From: Torpedo marmorata
Taxonomy: Eukaryota
Assembly (NCBI GenBank): GCA_977017645.1
Contig: OZ360245.1
Location: 23,126,001-23,190,000, forward strand
Reading direction: 5' to 3'
Length of the DNA stretch: 64,000 nucleotides
Shown: one piece after another, positions 50,033-62,980 of the stretch
How the letters are laid out: every line of letters starts with the position of its first letter
Position numbering within the stretch: position 1 is the first letter of the stretch
Notes under the pieces: model-generated
Told to the model about the DNA's origin: nothing
The model's input: the letters and a program-made list of their open reading frames with translations, nothing else
The model's database searches: none
Position numbers and translations under genes: made by a program

Positions 50033-50966
50033 TACAAGTTTGCAGGTGACACGAAGCTGGGCGGCAGTATTAGCTGTGAGGAGGATGCTAAGAGGATGCA
50101 GGGGACTTGGATAGGTTGGGTGAGTGGGCAAATGCATGGCAGATGCAGTATAATGTGGATAAATGTGAGGTTATCTATCCACTTTGGTGGCAAGAACAGG
50201 AAAGCAGATTATTATCTGAATGGTGGCCGATTAGGAAAAGGAGAGGTGCAACGAGACCTGGGTGTCATTGTACACCAGTCTTTGAAAGTGGGCATGCAGG
50301 TACAGCAGGCAGTGAAAAAGGCGAATGGTATGTTGGCATTTATAGCAAGAGGATTCAAGTACAGGAGCAGGGAGGTTCTGCTGTAGTTGTACAGGGCCTT
50401 GGTGAGACCACACCTGGAGTATTGTGTACAGTTTTGGTCTCCTAATCTGAGGAAAGACATTCTTGCCATAGAGGGTGTGCAGAGAAGATTCACCAGATTG
50501 ATTCCTGGGATGGCAGGACTTTCATATGAAGAAAGACTTGGCCGACTGGGCTTATACTCGCTGGAATTTAGAAGATTGAGGGGGGATCTTATTGAAACAT
50601 ATAAAATTCTTAAGGGATTGGATAGGCTAGATGCAGGAAGATTGTTCCCGATGTTGGGAAAGTCTAGAACCATGGGTCACAGTTTAAGGATAAGGGGAAA
50701 TCTTTTAGGAGATGAGGAAAGATTTCTTCAGACAGAGAGTGGTGAATCTGTGGAATTCTCTGCCACAGGAAACAGTAGAAGCCAGTTCATTGGCTATATT
50801 TAAGAGGGAGTTAGATGTGGTTCTTGTGGCTAAGGGGATCAGGGGGTATGAAAGCAGGTACAGGGTTTTGAGTTGAATGATCAGCAATGATCATACTGAA
50901 TGGCGGTGCAGGCTCGAAGGGCCGAATGGCCTACTCCTGCACCTATTTTCTATGTTTCTATGTTTC
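50033..50966 (+). mobile_element. CR1 LINE 3' fragment
   Basis: WQMQYNVDKCEV, LVRPHLEYCVQFWSP and LERRRLRGDLIE-like motifs. (tttctatg)n tail. Confidence 0.92.
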
Positions 50967-53045
50967 CCTATCAGTGCCAAAGACTTGCACATATACAAAC
51001 ACAATGCTCCATAGTTCTTTACTATCATTTAAGAATTTTTGTAGCGTTATCGCCATTGCAATATGAAAAAACAACAATAGCTCACAGCATGTTCCCATAA
51101 ATATCAATTGAGCACTGAGCAGATAACCCCCTTTTATCAATACTGGTTAAGGAATAAATATTGAATTATGCACTGAGGACAATTTCTTCAAAATAATCAT
51201 ATTTAATCACCTGGGAGAGCAGATAGGACCATAATGACACATCTCATCTCAAAGATGGTACCACTAATAATGTAGCACTCCATCAGATTTTCAATAGAGT
51301 GTCAGTCTTGAAGACATTTTTGTGCAACCATCTGACTCAAGAGGTGAGGGTGCGCCCAACTGACCCATAGTAGGCAGTTTTGTTTTGCTGGAATAAATGT
51401 ACTTCTATAAAACTGACACATCCTTACATAGCCCTAGGAATTCTCAGAAAAAAACACTTTTTTGAACTATTGGAAAAGTTTTTTTTAAGGCAGGAAGCAC
51501 AAGGATGATATTGCACTCCCAGAAAGAAAAAAACTTCAACTATTTGGTTGTTGGAGGTAATGCCTTTTAGCTGCGGCTTGAGAAAGTTTCCTTCACTAGA
51601 AATAGGCAGTTTTAACAGCAGGGTGATAACACTCTGATCTACTTTTGATGGGGCCACATTATAAAAGGGGATTAACTGCATGTCCCAAATCTAACAAATT
51701 CCCGATTTCATTCCTATGCAAGTTTGCTCTATTAACATAAATGGAAAAAGTGATATTTTTTTTATTCTGAGAATGGGAAGCAGGATTGGGTGGGGAGGAA
51801 GGAGGTATTTGTTCCATATTTCCCTTATTGTGTCCATTTAATTGACTGATGTTTGCTGACAATCTCCAATTTTATTTTTTGAACGACTCTTCCTTTTAAT
51901 TCTTAATATTATTTTTTTCAAGCAAGGCACTGACATTCTATCCTCCTTCACCATTTTACCTTTGAATGCTGTACAAAGATCAATAACTTGTCACAAAAGG
52001 AATAACAGACAACCAGATTCTGGCTCAGCCAATAGGAATTCTGTGCTAATGTCTCACCTGGTACAACTAATCATTCAATATATCTGTAATTATCGGTACA
52101 AGTTCAATAACACTCTAGAAAATCTGCATTCCTCTTAATCTGGCCTCTTGCTCAAAATCACCCCCCCCAAAAAAACCAGGAATACTATTACTAGTCATGC
52201 CTTCAGCTACTGAGGCTCTGAGCTCTAGAATCTCATCCCAACCCACTCTGACTCGTTTCTTCCTTTTAGTCTTTAAAACCTCTCTTTTATCAAGTCTATG
52301 GTCATTGAAGCTGCAATCTTCAAGTTGAATCCAATGACTTACATGTAACACAAATTTAATTTGTTGTGCTTGTTTTAAAATATAAAAATATCCCAAGGTA
52401 CTTTAGATATGCAATTACAAAATAATGGAGTCCAAGCTAAAGGGGGAAATCTGTGGGAAGACAGCCAAAGGGGTTGGAGGTGGATTTTAAGAAAAGTTTT
52501 TATGGGAGAGAGGCGATAGAGAGACAGGGAGGGACTTAAAGGATATCCCAGATTTTGAATAATAAATGTTTAAAAGGCAAAATATCAATGATGAGGTGGG
52601 AAGCAGAAGAATATAATATTATTTGCAAAATTCTTTGCTAGTAGAACGTTTCAGAGAAATGGAGAGTTGAAACCATTAAGACATTTAAAATTAAAGTTAA
52701 ATTTTTTAAATTTGAGCTGTGGAGGGCCAGGGCAGATATCAATTAGTGAAAAGAGAGAAGATGGGTGAATGAAACTTGGTCAGCAATCTTTAGCTGAGCT
52801 GAAATAATACAGCACATATGATTTAGAACATGTGTTAGCTATTTAACAACTAAGTATAAATATTTACCACCTTTACCATTTAATTTGTGTAAATGTAAGT
52901 CAGTACAATCTAATTCTACCTCTTCCACCCCCAAGATCATTATTTTAAATCAGGTTGCTTTTCGTCAATGACATTGTGGGGAAAGAATTGAGATATTGAA
53001 GCAAAGATGAATGGCTCTCAGTACCACCAAGAAAATTGAACTTAC

Positions 53046-53180
53046 CTTTGAAAATTGGACATATCTTTGCCCATATGGAAATGGCTCCAGTTCTATGGTA
53101 CTGTCCCAGTGCCAACTCCATATAAAAGAGTGGGATTCCACCAAACACAGCCATCATAAAATATGGGAAGAGGAAGGCAC
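53046..53180 (-). CDS. slc6a4: Serotonin transporter coding exon 2
   Basis: cag|GT GCC TTC... encodes [45 protein letters not shown], then G|gtaag. 135 nt, phase fits both neighbours. Confidence 0.97.
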
Positions 53181-55537
53181 CTGAAATTTATGAAATGTGA
53201 TGTCAACTTGAGTATTATAAGGGTAAAGTATCAATCCAAGAACCTGCTGATTTTAAACTCTTAGATTAAATTTGCATTATTACATTTGATAGCCATAAGT
53301 TTATTTCAATTGTTTTTCCAATATGTGTTTATTTTCTATGCTGATAATGCCATATTGGTATCACAAAATGTGTTACACCACCAGTGGGCACTCAAACCAG
53401 TAAAAAAGTTCAAATTAGCTGTCAGTCTCAGCAAGATGAATGTCATTGCCCAACATACTGAATTGGTATTATCTTGTTGGAGGTTGCTGACAACTTCAGA
53501 GGCTCAAAAATGTCCAGTAAAAGTCAGTCATGTAACACGGAACAGAATCTTCGTTCCAACTCATCCATGTTGACCAAACTGGCATTCTGGACGGGTTCCA
53601 TTTGCCTACATCTGCTCCACATCCTTCTAAACCCTTCCCATCCATATATCTGTCCAAATGCCTTTTGAACATTGTAATTGTACCTGCTTCTATAGCTTCC
53701 CCTGGCAGTAGTCTGAAATTAATGTGTGCATTGCAAAACCTTCAGCTGTAACATTCACATTTCATGAGAGTGAGCAGACCAACATCATGCCAATGGAGAA
53801 CAAAACTCTAAAATCTTCCAAGCCCGTTCTTGGTACATTTCTTAGTACAAACGTAAGGTCTTGGCAACATGTGCAAAGCATAAAAGGCTTAGAGTATGAA
53901 GCATGCCAAGTCTGTCAGCTTTACATTTATTATTGATCTAATGATATTTGCAGTGAATTGGCCATATTTATTGGATAAATGATCATGGCCATATTCCCAA
54001 GGACATTGTGTGCAATTAACTGGGCACTGAGTTACAACCTCCTGGATGTCCATCCATTTGCCAAGATGTCTGGCATCAGCACAGACAAATGGAAGCAAAC
54101 CCTTAATCACTGGGCGCTCTGAGTATTGACATTTAGGAGGGCATGAGGAGAAACTAATAGAAACTGACTGGAAGAGCATCAGAGGAAAAATAGAAGCCAA
54201 CGAATCTTACATCTTTTCAGCCTTTATCTGCAGCTAAAGCAGCAGGGGCATCCATACCAGAGGATGCTTAACAAAGAGTTGATTGCCACGGCACCACCAC
54301 TTCCTTATGGAATGGAAGAACCATCTTTTGTGGCAGCCTTCAAATCAATATATATTTCATTGAGCCCAACAGCTCTGGTATAGTTATTTTACATTAATGG
54401 ATCAACAATTCAGAAGCTTGAGCTAATAATCTAGAGAATGCAGGTTCGAGACCCACTGTGGCAGACTGAGAATTTGAAATCAGCTTAATGGAAATAACAA
54501 AAAGCCCCTGAAGAAGAAGATTACTGTAAAAGCCCTAATGGTCCATTAATGCCCTTTAGGGAACAAAATCTACACTCCCTGCCTGACCCAGCCTATATTT
54601 GATTCCACATCAACAGCAATATTTTTAACTGTCTTCTAAAATGGCCTGCTAAGCCACTCTGCTGCAGCAGAACAGCTCAGCATTGTGATCCCTTCGCCAT
54701 ATGGACTTCTGTGGTTCAAGGTTGCAAATCAAGGGCTAGAAATGCTCTCTTGCAGCACTCTTGCTCACACTTTCTAAATAATAAAAAAACTGCCCTTACA
54801 CAATTTCAGGAAATCACAGATGAGCAAAAAAAAAAAACAAACCCTCTGCTGGTGATGGCCACATTCATAAAATGAACCAAATTAAAATTCTAACCTACTC
54901 AAAACTTAAGAACAAATGCAATGTTATAATGTGGTGGCAATACACATTTGAAAACTCAATTCAATTACCGGTATCTGAAAGTGATATCCTGCAAGACGAA
55001 GGCTCTCTATCACAGGGTTGGCAAAAAAATTGAACAAAAAGTCAACACACACCATATTTATTCTCTTCTTAGTCAATGTTTATGTAACAGAATTTACTGA
55101 AATGGTGTCACAAGTCCTTGTTGGCCTCAAGTAAGGAATGATCTGTTAAAGGAGGTGCTACAAAGGAAGGAAAAGTTAAGGAAATCATGGAAGAGGTGTG
55201 CTCAGAGAAAAAAAAATACTTGCACGAAAGCAATGACCATACAAATTCAAGTACTGTACCTTACAATCCAATAATTTACCTTGGGTATAAAAACTGCAAT
55301 TATATAAAACAATGATGGCTGTTAATGTCTACATTACAAGGTTTTAAATAATAAACTAATGGACATTTTTCAAGTGTTAATTGCAATTTCTGAGCAGTTC
55401 TTATTGTCAAAAACACCATCAAAACAGATGATCAAAACTCAAATGAAAGATTTACAAGGCTAAAGCATGCAATGGGGTGGATACATGGACAGAAATCATT
55501 AACAGATTTAAACATCATTAAAAGAAAAAAATGCATG

Positions 55538-55891
55538 CAGTAGAAGTCCGAAAATCCTGATTGCTAGGGGATTGGGTCGGTCTGGATTTTCCAGATTCTC
55601 GGGCAGTACTTTTAAAATTCAAATTTAAGGAGGAATAAAGAAGAGATGAACAGGTAAATTTTGATAGTCTATTCATTAGTAAATACAGCATGCTTCATTT
55701 ATCAAAATGAGCAGTTTTATCAAAAAATAAAGTCAAGAAGCGTGGTCACTTGTTGCCGCTGTGCACCTGTGGCGCTTACGCATGCACGCACGCAAAAGCC
55801 CGCTAAATTTAAAAAGTTTGAGAATTTTTGAAAAGTCCGGATTCTCGGGTGGTCCGGATTTCTGGCATCCGGATTTTTTGGACTTCTACTG
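55538..55891. mobile_element. Tigger/pogo-type MITE (CAGTA termini), 354 bp
   Basis: TIRs cagtagaagtccgaaaatcc and ggattttttggacttctactg. TA on the right, TG on the left. Confidence 0.8.
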
Positions 55892-56289
55892 TAATATGGT
55901 TAGGCTTGTAAACTTGGTGTGCACCTTAATGTTGTGCTATTTTAACATTGTAACAATCCTACAGTCATGCACCAAAATTCAGTTTTAATCTTGATTTTTT
56001 TTAATGATGCTACTTGTATTTGGACTCTTGTCTTAACCAACTGTGATAGATTTGCTGATTCAACAGCAATTTCCCAGTGCAAGAATATTCTTGATTTTTA
56101 GCTTCACAGGTCCTTCTTCCCTATTGCATGACTTAAAACTTCAAAACTGATAATGAACCAACACAATTAAATCACCTAATTTTGTCAAGTTGATTTCAAA
56201 TATTTACTGTATTATTAGAACATAATGATGGTGTTTATGTCACAGTCACCAATCTACTTGCCTTATTAAATCACCTTAAAATTAATCAA

Positions 56290-56720
56290 TGGAGTGGCTG
56301 CAGGGCATTCTGAGAAGGGAGGGTGTACAGCCAGTTGCTATAGTGCATGAAGATACCAACGATATAGGTAAAAAGCAGGATGAGGTCCTATAAGCAGAAT
56401 TTAGGGAGCTAAATTAAAAAAAGACCTCAAAATTATTACTGGTAATAATCTCAGGATTATTACCAGTGCCATGTCCTAGTCAGAGTAGGAATAGCAGAAA
56501 AATTAGGATGAATCCGTGGCTCGAGCAATGGTGAAGAAGAGAGGGTTTCAAATTTCTGGGGCATTGAAACCAGCTCAGAGGGAGATGGGACTGTACAAAC
56601 TGGATGTCTATACCTGGGTAGGACCAGGATCAATGTCCTAGGGAGATTGTTTACTAGTGCTTTTGGGAAGGGTTTAAACTAATATGGCAGGGGAATGGAA
56701 ACCCATGCAGAAAGACAGAG
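56290..56720 (+). mobile_element. CR1 ORF1 (SGNH esterase) remnant
   Basis: EGVQPVAIVH..TNDIGKKQDEVL and IISGLLPVP..SQSRN match CR1 ORF1 esterase motifs, with stops. Confidence 0.7.
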
Positions 56721-56945
56721 GGAAGAAAAAAGTAAAAGTGGTGAAGATGAAGGCAAATATTCAGACAGCGGGGTGCCTTGGTTGTGCTTTGCTTGTAGCA
56801 GCTGTTTGAATAAAATAGCATCGCCCAGGATGATACCGCTTGCCGTTGGGTCGACTCTCTTAAAGTCTCTTCATATCCCTGTTTAGTAAGATCAGGAGAA
56901 CTCAGCAGGTCAAACAGTGTCTTTTATGTAGCAAAGGTAGAAATA

Positions 56946-56986
56946 CATAACCGACGTTTCGGGCTTGAGCCCTTCATCAAAGTACG
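56946..56986 (-). ncRNA. Minimal type I hammerhead-ribozyme-like motif (best-preserved copy, sense to slc6a4)
   Basis: cguacu-UUGAUGA-A-gggc(ucaa)gccc-GAAA-cg-UC-gguuaug, with a GUC cleavage triplet and palindromic ACGU stem III. Confidence 0.7.
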
Positions 56987-57810
56987 AGAAAATGCCGGCA
57001 GGCGTCCGAACAAAGGAGTGAGGGGGGAAGTGGGGGTGGCAAAGGCAGGAGATGATAGGTGGAGAAAGGAGGGAGGGGACAGCAGCAAAGAGGGGGAGGA
57101 GGGATGGCTGGGTGGGTGGAAAAAAACAGGAAGGACAGGTGAGGGGGGAGGGGAAGGGAACAACAAGCAGGTTCACTCGTGCACTCTTCCCTCCCCACCC
57201 ATCGCACCCCCGGAACCTTCCCCTGTGCCCGCAGGAGGTGCAACACCTGCGCCCACACCTCCCCCCTCACCACGGTCCAGGGCCCCAAACAGGCCTTCCA
57301 AGTGAAACTACACTTCACTTGTACATCTAGAGGACTTATTTACTGCATCCGGTGCTCCCTTTGTGGCTTTCTATACATTGGAGAGACCGGTCGTAGATTG
57401 GGAGACCGCTTTGCTGAGCACCTCCTCTCCGTCCGCAACAACAGCGACCTCCCAGTAGCCAACCATTTCAATTCTGGGTCACACTCCCACACTCACATGT
57501 CTGTCCATGGCCTCATGTACTATCCCACCCAGACTACCCACAAATTGGAGGAACAACATCTCATATTCCGTCTCGGCACTCTCCAGCCAGATGGCATTAA
57601 CATTGACTTTTCTGCTTTCCACTAAACCTGCTTGTTGTTCCCTTCCCCTCCCCCCTCACCTGTCCTTCCTGTTTTTTTCCACCCACCCAGCCATCCCTCC
57701 TCCCCCTCTTTGCTGCTGTCCCCTCCCTCCTTTCTCCACCTATCATCTCCTGCTTTTGCCACCCCCCTTCCCCCCTCACTCCTTTGTTCGGACGCCTGCT
57801 GGCATTTTCT

Positions 57811-57851
57811 CGTACTTTGATGAAGGGCTCAAGCCTGAAACGTCGGTTATG
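57811..57851 (+). ncRNA. Minimal type I hammerhead-ribozyme-like motif (sister copy)
   Basis: Same sequence as 56946-56986 except a C to T change that makes the base of stem II a G-U pair. Confidence 0.6.
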
Positions 57852-58445
57852 TATTTCTACCTTTGCTACATAAAAGACACTGTTTGACCTGCTGAGTTCT
57901 CCAGCTTTTGTGTTTTTTACTTCTAACCACGGTGTCTACAGATTTTCGTGTTTACTTAGTAAGATTAGGCTTTATCTGTAAACTTGGAGGAGGGGGGGTT
58001 CATTATCTATAACGTTACTGTTCATCTTTCGGGCGGCTCCGTGGAGCAGGAGGAACCTGCAGATGCAGCGACGGTTAAATGTTTTCAAAGAATGTGACTG
58101 AAAATAAAGTAAAATGCTTTAAGGTTTATATATTAGTGCAAGTGAAGTTTATTCAGTGCAAGTACAGTTTTGTACTTTTGCCTTTTAAACTGTATATTCT
58201 TAATGCAGGTGTATTAGTTAGGCATTGTAAGAGTAAGTCTCAAGAAACCGGAATATACACTTATCCGGCATCTACCAATTCCCATAGGTGCCGAATACCA
58301 GGGGTTTTACTGTATTAGACTGGAGCAGACATTTTATCGTAATCCATCAAGTTTAATCAACAAAGCAGTTGCTCTTCAGGTAGTCCAGCAACTGGGTGAT
58401 TTTGTTTTTAAGCTCTACCTTTGGACTATGCAGTATAAACCCAAA

Positions 58446-58992
58446 TTGCTAATTGTTATCCAGTGGTTCCTGCTGGGAGACATGATGAGGGCAGCATCAG
58501 GTTTGAATGGTGATGCTGTTTTTCGCCTGATCCACTCAAGCAAATTGTGTCCACTGTTTAATCCCTTGTTAATAATGGTGACCTAGGTAAGGATTATTGA
58601 AGTGCCGAATTTAAATGGTTGGCACTGTAAATATCTTTGATTTTTAATCTGCATCTTTCTTAATGTCCTAATGCCCAAGGTTCATAATAAAATTAATGCT
58701 CCAGATTTAAAAAAAATTCCAGGCTGAATAATGTGTGGAAGTGTTTCCTTTGGATTCATTGAGCTGCAGTGGAATTTATTTAATTTCATCTACTTAATTT
58801 AGCCTTTATGCTAGTACAGCTCAATAGAGAATACAAGCACTCCAAAATCCTTACCTAGGTCACCATTATTAACAAGGGATTAAACAGTGGACACAATTTG
58901 CTTGAGTGGATCAGGCGAAAAATGGCATTACCATTCAAACCTGATGCTGCCCTCATCATATCTCCCAGCAGGAACTGGATAACAATGAGCAA
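58446..58992. repeat. Inverted repeat, ~150-bp arms with ~250-bp spacer
   Basis: 58446-58595 is the reverse complement of 58846-58992 with a few mismatches and one 3-bp indel. Confidence 0.9.
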
Positions 58993-59734
58993 ACAATGTA
59001 GACAAGATATTCTGATTTTCATCTTAGATAGCTGCATAAAAAAATTACTAGTATTCAGTAGAAACTACTTAATTTTCAATGTATGAGGGACTGTCTTTGG
59101 ATATCTTGTAACTCAGTACTGCACTATGCTGGGCAGTGAATTTGTCAATTAATCAATACAGCAATTTTGGAAATCTAGTAATTGTCCAAAACCTGATGGC
59201 AATTTAATCAGAATGTAGAAAACCAAACCAGCACTAAAGGAGTTGTCATATTTAGCTCTTTTTTTAAAAAAAAATCTAACATTAAGAACAAGTTTACCAA
59301 AAACATCAGGTGCTGAAAATACTGAGCGGCATTTGTAGAAAGAGAAAGTGTTAACGGGTCAGTAACACATCGTATCTGCTTGCTGTTTTCTCCTCAGAGA
59401 ATGGAGGAATATGGATGATGAAAATATTTAGTTTAATTTGGCATTGTGTCCAGTGCAGACATCATGGGCTGAAGGTCCTTTTCCTGTGCTGTATTGTTTT
59501 AAGTTCTAGGTCTCACTTCTCAGATGGATGTGCAAGAACCCTTTTATGTTATTTCAAAGAAAAGCAGAAGAGTTATCCCCAGTATCTTTCAGAATATTTG
59601 TCCCTAAGCCAGTATCACTAAAATTGTTTGCCCGGCCGTTATCACTTGGCAGTCTGTGGAAACTTGCTGGGTACAAATTAGTTGCCAGATTTCCTCCAAT
59701 AGTAGATACAGATTATATAGGCTGGGTCTTAATT

Positions 59735-60110
59735 CTCTAGTCTAGAGCAAAGGAGGCTGAGGGGTAATGTTAAGTTTATAAAATCATGAGGGGCACTTAA
59801 ATGCTCAGTTTTTTCCCCCGCAGGATTCTAGAACTGGAGGGCAGAGGTTTAAGGTGAGAGGAGAAAGATTTAGGAGGGACCAGAGAGACAATTCTTTCAC
59901 TCAGAGGGTGGTCTGTATCTGGAATGAGCTGCTGGAGGAAACTAGAAGCTGGCATAATAACAACATTCAATAGATATTTGGACAGATTTACAGATACAAG
60001 GGGCTTAAAGGGATATGGACCGAGTGCATGTAAATGGGATTAGCCCAGAATAACATATTGGTTGGCATGAACTAGTTGAGATGAAGGGCCTGTTCTTTGC
60101 TGTATGATCA
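59735..60110 (+). mobile_element. CR1 LINE 3' fragment
   Basis: RRLRG..YKIMRG, ttcactcagagggtggt..tggaatgagctgc and a CR1 3' UTR ending ctgtatga. Confidence 0.8.
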
Positions 60111-60854
60111 TAAGACTTCAAAAAGTAATTCATTGACTGTGAAGTTCAACAGGTTGTCCTGAGATTGTAAAAGTGTATTATATAATTGCAAGCCTTTCTC
60201 TCTGCATATTTAATATAATTAAAATGTGATTTAGTACAGTGTGGCTTTCCACGTAATGTGTGGAAATGATTCCACTTCAGTCTGTATTTGTTTTGCTTGG
60301 TGTTTATATTGCTACCTGCCCTATATTAGTAAAAAGGTAGGCCAAAGGCTGTCTGTCCAAAGTTAGTTGTTGCACAAGTCAAGAAACATTATCATAGCAG
60401 AAATCAAAAGTAGATCTTCACACTAATGTTCATTACCTACAGACATGCGAATCTGACTGTTCCACATTCAGAGGGAGACCTTTGACATGGCAAGTGTGTT
60501 TAATCTAGTTATTGTTTTACACAAACTGTGGCACTGTATGGTCATTTAGACTGCAGCTGAAGAATTTTTTTTAAACATTACAGTCTTTTTGAAGGTAGGG
60601 GTCATGGCCCTTATGATTGCAAAAGCCTTTTCACATGACAAATTGGAAGATCCCTGCTTTGCACACATATAATAAGAAAACATTACAATGTATTTAACTC
60701 TTCTCCCTCCTCAACAACAAAAGGAGTCTGTTACAAGTAGACTGAATAAGTTGTGAAGTTTAAGAAAATTGCACTCCTCGGAGCAGATAGTTAAGTTTTA
60801 AAAAGATGTTCGAAATCAAGGAGGGCAAAGGAGAAGTGAAAAAGTGTTTCTACT

Positions 60855-61560
60855 GGCACAAGAACATAAACAGGACCAAGAGTCATTCCCACAATTCCCC
60901 ACAAGTCTGTTCTACCATCAATACGATCATATCAGGACCAAGTCCATTCTCCCAACTGGTCCCCAGAACTCTCAATGCTCCCAAAGTCCAAAAATCTGTC
61001 TCAGCCTTGAATATACTTAATGATAGCACCCACAGCTCACTGGAGTACCTTTTAAGAAAAGAAATTTCTCATCTAGTTTTAAATGAGCAACTTCTTCTCC
61101 TGAAGCCATGCTTCCTAGTTCTGAATTTGTCTATCAAATGAATCATCCCCTCAGGATCTAATGTTACAGTTTGTTCACTTCTTCTTCCGAACTCTAGGGA
61201 GTATATGTTAAGACTATGCGATCTGTCCTCATACAATAACCGCTTCACACATGGAATGAGTATAATGAACTTTCTCTGCTGTTCATGCCATCCAATGAGG
61301 TATTCTGGTCTAATCCCATTTACCTGCACTCGGTCCATATCCCACTAATCCCCTCGTATCTGTAAATCTGTCCAAATATCTTTTAAATGTTGTTATTATG
61401 CCCGCTTCTAGTTTCCTCTAACAGCTCATTCCAGATACAGACCACCTTCTGAATGAAAGAATTGCCTCTCTGGTCCCTCCTAAATGTATCCTTCCTTAAA
61501 TAATAATTAAACTAAGACTACACAGAGGATTCTAAATATTAACTCAAAAATGTCCTAGAG
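60855..61560 (-). mobile_element. Degenerate CR1 fragment containing an inverted copy (61282-61485) of part of the 59735-60110 CR1
   Basis: CR1 3'-end remnants (YEDR..SLNIYSLEFGR) interrupted by the reverse complement of about 59868-60072. Confidence 0.7.
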
Positions 61561-62553
61561 GTATAGCAAAATTTTACCACTTCTGAAATAAAAACAGAAA
61601 GTGCTTTGCCACAACTAGGGGTTTCTCACCTGAAACATTAGCTCAGATTCCCTTTTCACAAATGGTGCTTGACCTGCTGACTGCTTCCAGTAATTTTTGT
61701 TTTTATTTCATATTTCCAGCATCCACTTTTTTATCGTCATGCATTACTTCTGAACTGAATGAAGTAGTTCCTGTTACAGGGAACATTCCATTTGGGAGGG
61801 AAAACTTTCATAGACCACTCATCCCAATTTTTCTGAATCTCCTGGAACATTTAATTTTTATCATTATCTATACCAATTAGCAAGACATCAAGTTTTTGGA
61901 TTAAGATTATGATGAGGATCAATCATTTTAAAACTACATATAAGAAAATGACATTTGCATTGCAAGTCATTTAACTTTTATCTTCAGTAATTTACATTGC
62001 ATTAAGCAATGGTTGGATAACCAGAATAGTCATCTGCCTTATTGAAGCTGAGCAAAGGATTCAGCTAACCTGCTGAAGTCATAAATTAGGACACAATGCC
62101 TGCTCTGGTATTATATTTGGTAAATAATTTTTACACACTGTGTTTCAGAAAATTAGCAATTATTGCCAATACAACAATAAACCCTTGACAATAGTAAAGA
62201 TAGATGACTTTAATCAACTTCACAAAGAAGGTGCATATTGTGATATTTACTCCTACAGCAAGTTCCCCGAGGTCAATAACTAAATTACACATTTTACATT
62301 ACATTTCAGGTGACTGGGGAAAGAATCAGGAGTGAGGTGAGGTGCATCATTTTAGTATGGGCTTGTAGTGATCTGGAATGCATTTCTTGATAGGAATGGC
62401 AAAATGATTGATGAATACTTGAAAAGAGGAAATTTTGTAGAGTTTGGAAGCTGGATTGACGGAATAGTCTCCTCTGTGTTGCACCAAGGAGCGCCAGATT
62501 TGCATCACAGAACATGATAATGAATTGGAGGTAAGACAACATCCATCACTTAC

Positions 62554-62980
62554 CCCCTCCGTTTTGGTAGCAGATGTATGGGAAACGCCACACATTGCCG
62601 AGATCAACCGCATAGCCTATGACGGAGAGCAAAAAGTCTCCTTTTTTCCTCCAAGTTTCTCGACCGCCTGGAACCGATTTATCCAGCTCCTGCAGTCCAT
62701 TGTTGTCCGAGGGGACGGGACGAGCTCCGTCAGTGTTACCATTGGATGCAACTGGGCTTTGTACAACAAGGTAACTATTGGATACGTGGCCAGTTTCCCC
62801 CTTTTCCCGCACATTGGAGGGCGCCTTGCTGTCTTTCTCGGGGACATTGTGGCTCAATCTAGGACTCTGGATTAAAACTCCATTCTCTTTATAATCCTCC
62901 TCTTCCTCCTGAGTTTCCGGCGTCAACTTCTCAGAGTTGAGGGGCAACACCTCGTTGTTCAAGGGGTGGTTCATTTCCAT
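62554..62980 (-). CDS. slc6a4: Serotonin transporter, first coding exon (N-terminus and TM1)
   Basis: MEMNHPLNN...[36 protein letters not shown] carries the SLC6 TM1 signature with the SERT-type GYAVD. The N-terminal motifs PLNSEK, ENGVL and GHVSNSY resemble human SERT. Start context ggaATGG, donor G|GTAAGT, 427 nt. A plausible acceptor (ttttacag) places the exon 5' edge at about 63093. Confidence 0.96.

Larger units (their letters stand above)
56893..57955 (+). mobile_element. Penelope-like element, 5'-truncated, with inverted pseudo-LTR and 10-bp TSD
   Basis: GIY-YIG ORF 57179-57625 (LIYCIRC..LYIGETGRRL). 56895-57173 is a near-perfect inverted copy of 57625-57902. TSD ttagtaagat at 56883-56892 and 57956-57965. 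Confidence 0.93.

Noticed and set aside
57990-58312. Complete Tigger-type MITE ending ggggttttactg-ta
   Set aside because: Only one plausible TIR is present and no matching left end was found, so it was not listed as a feature.
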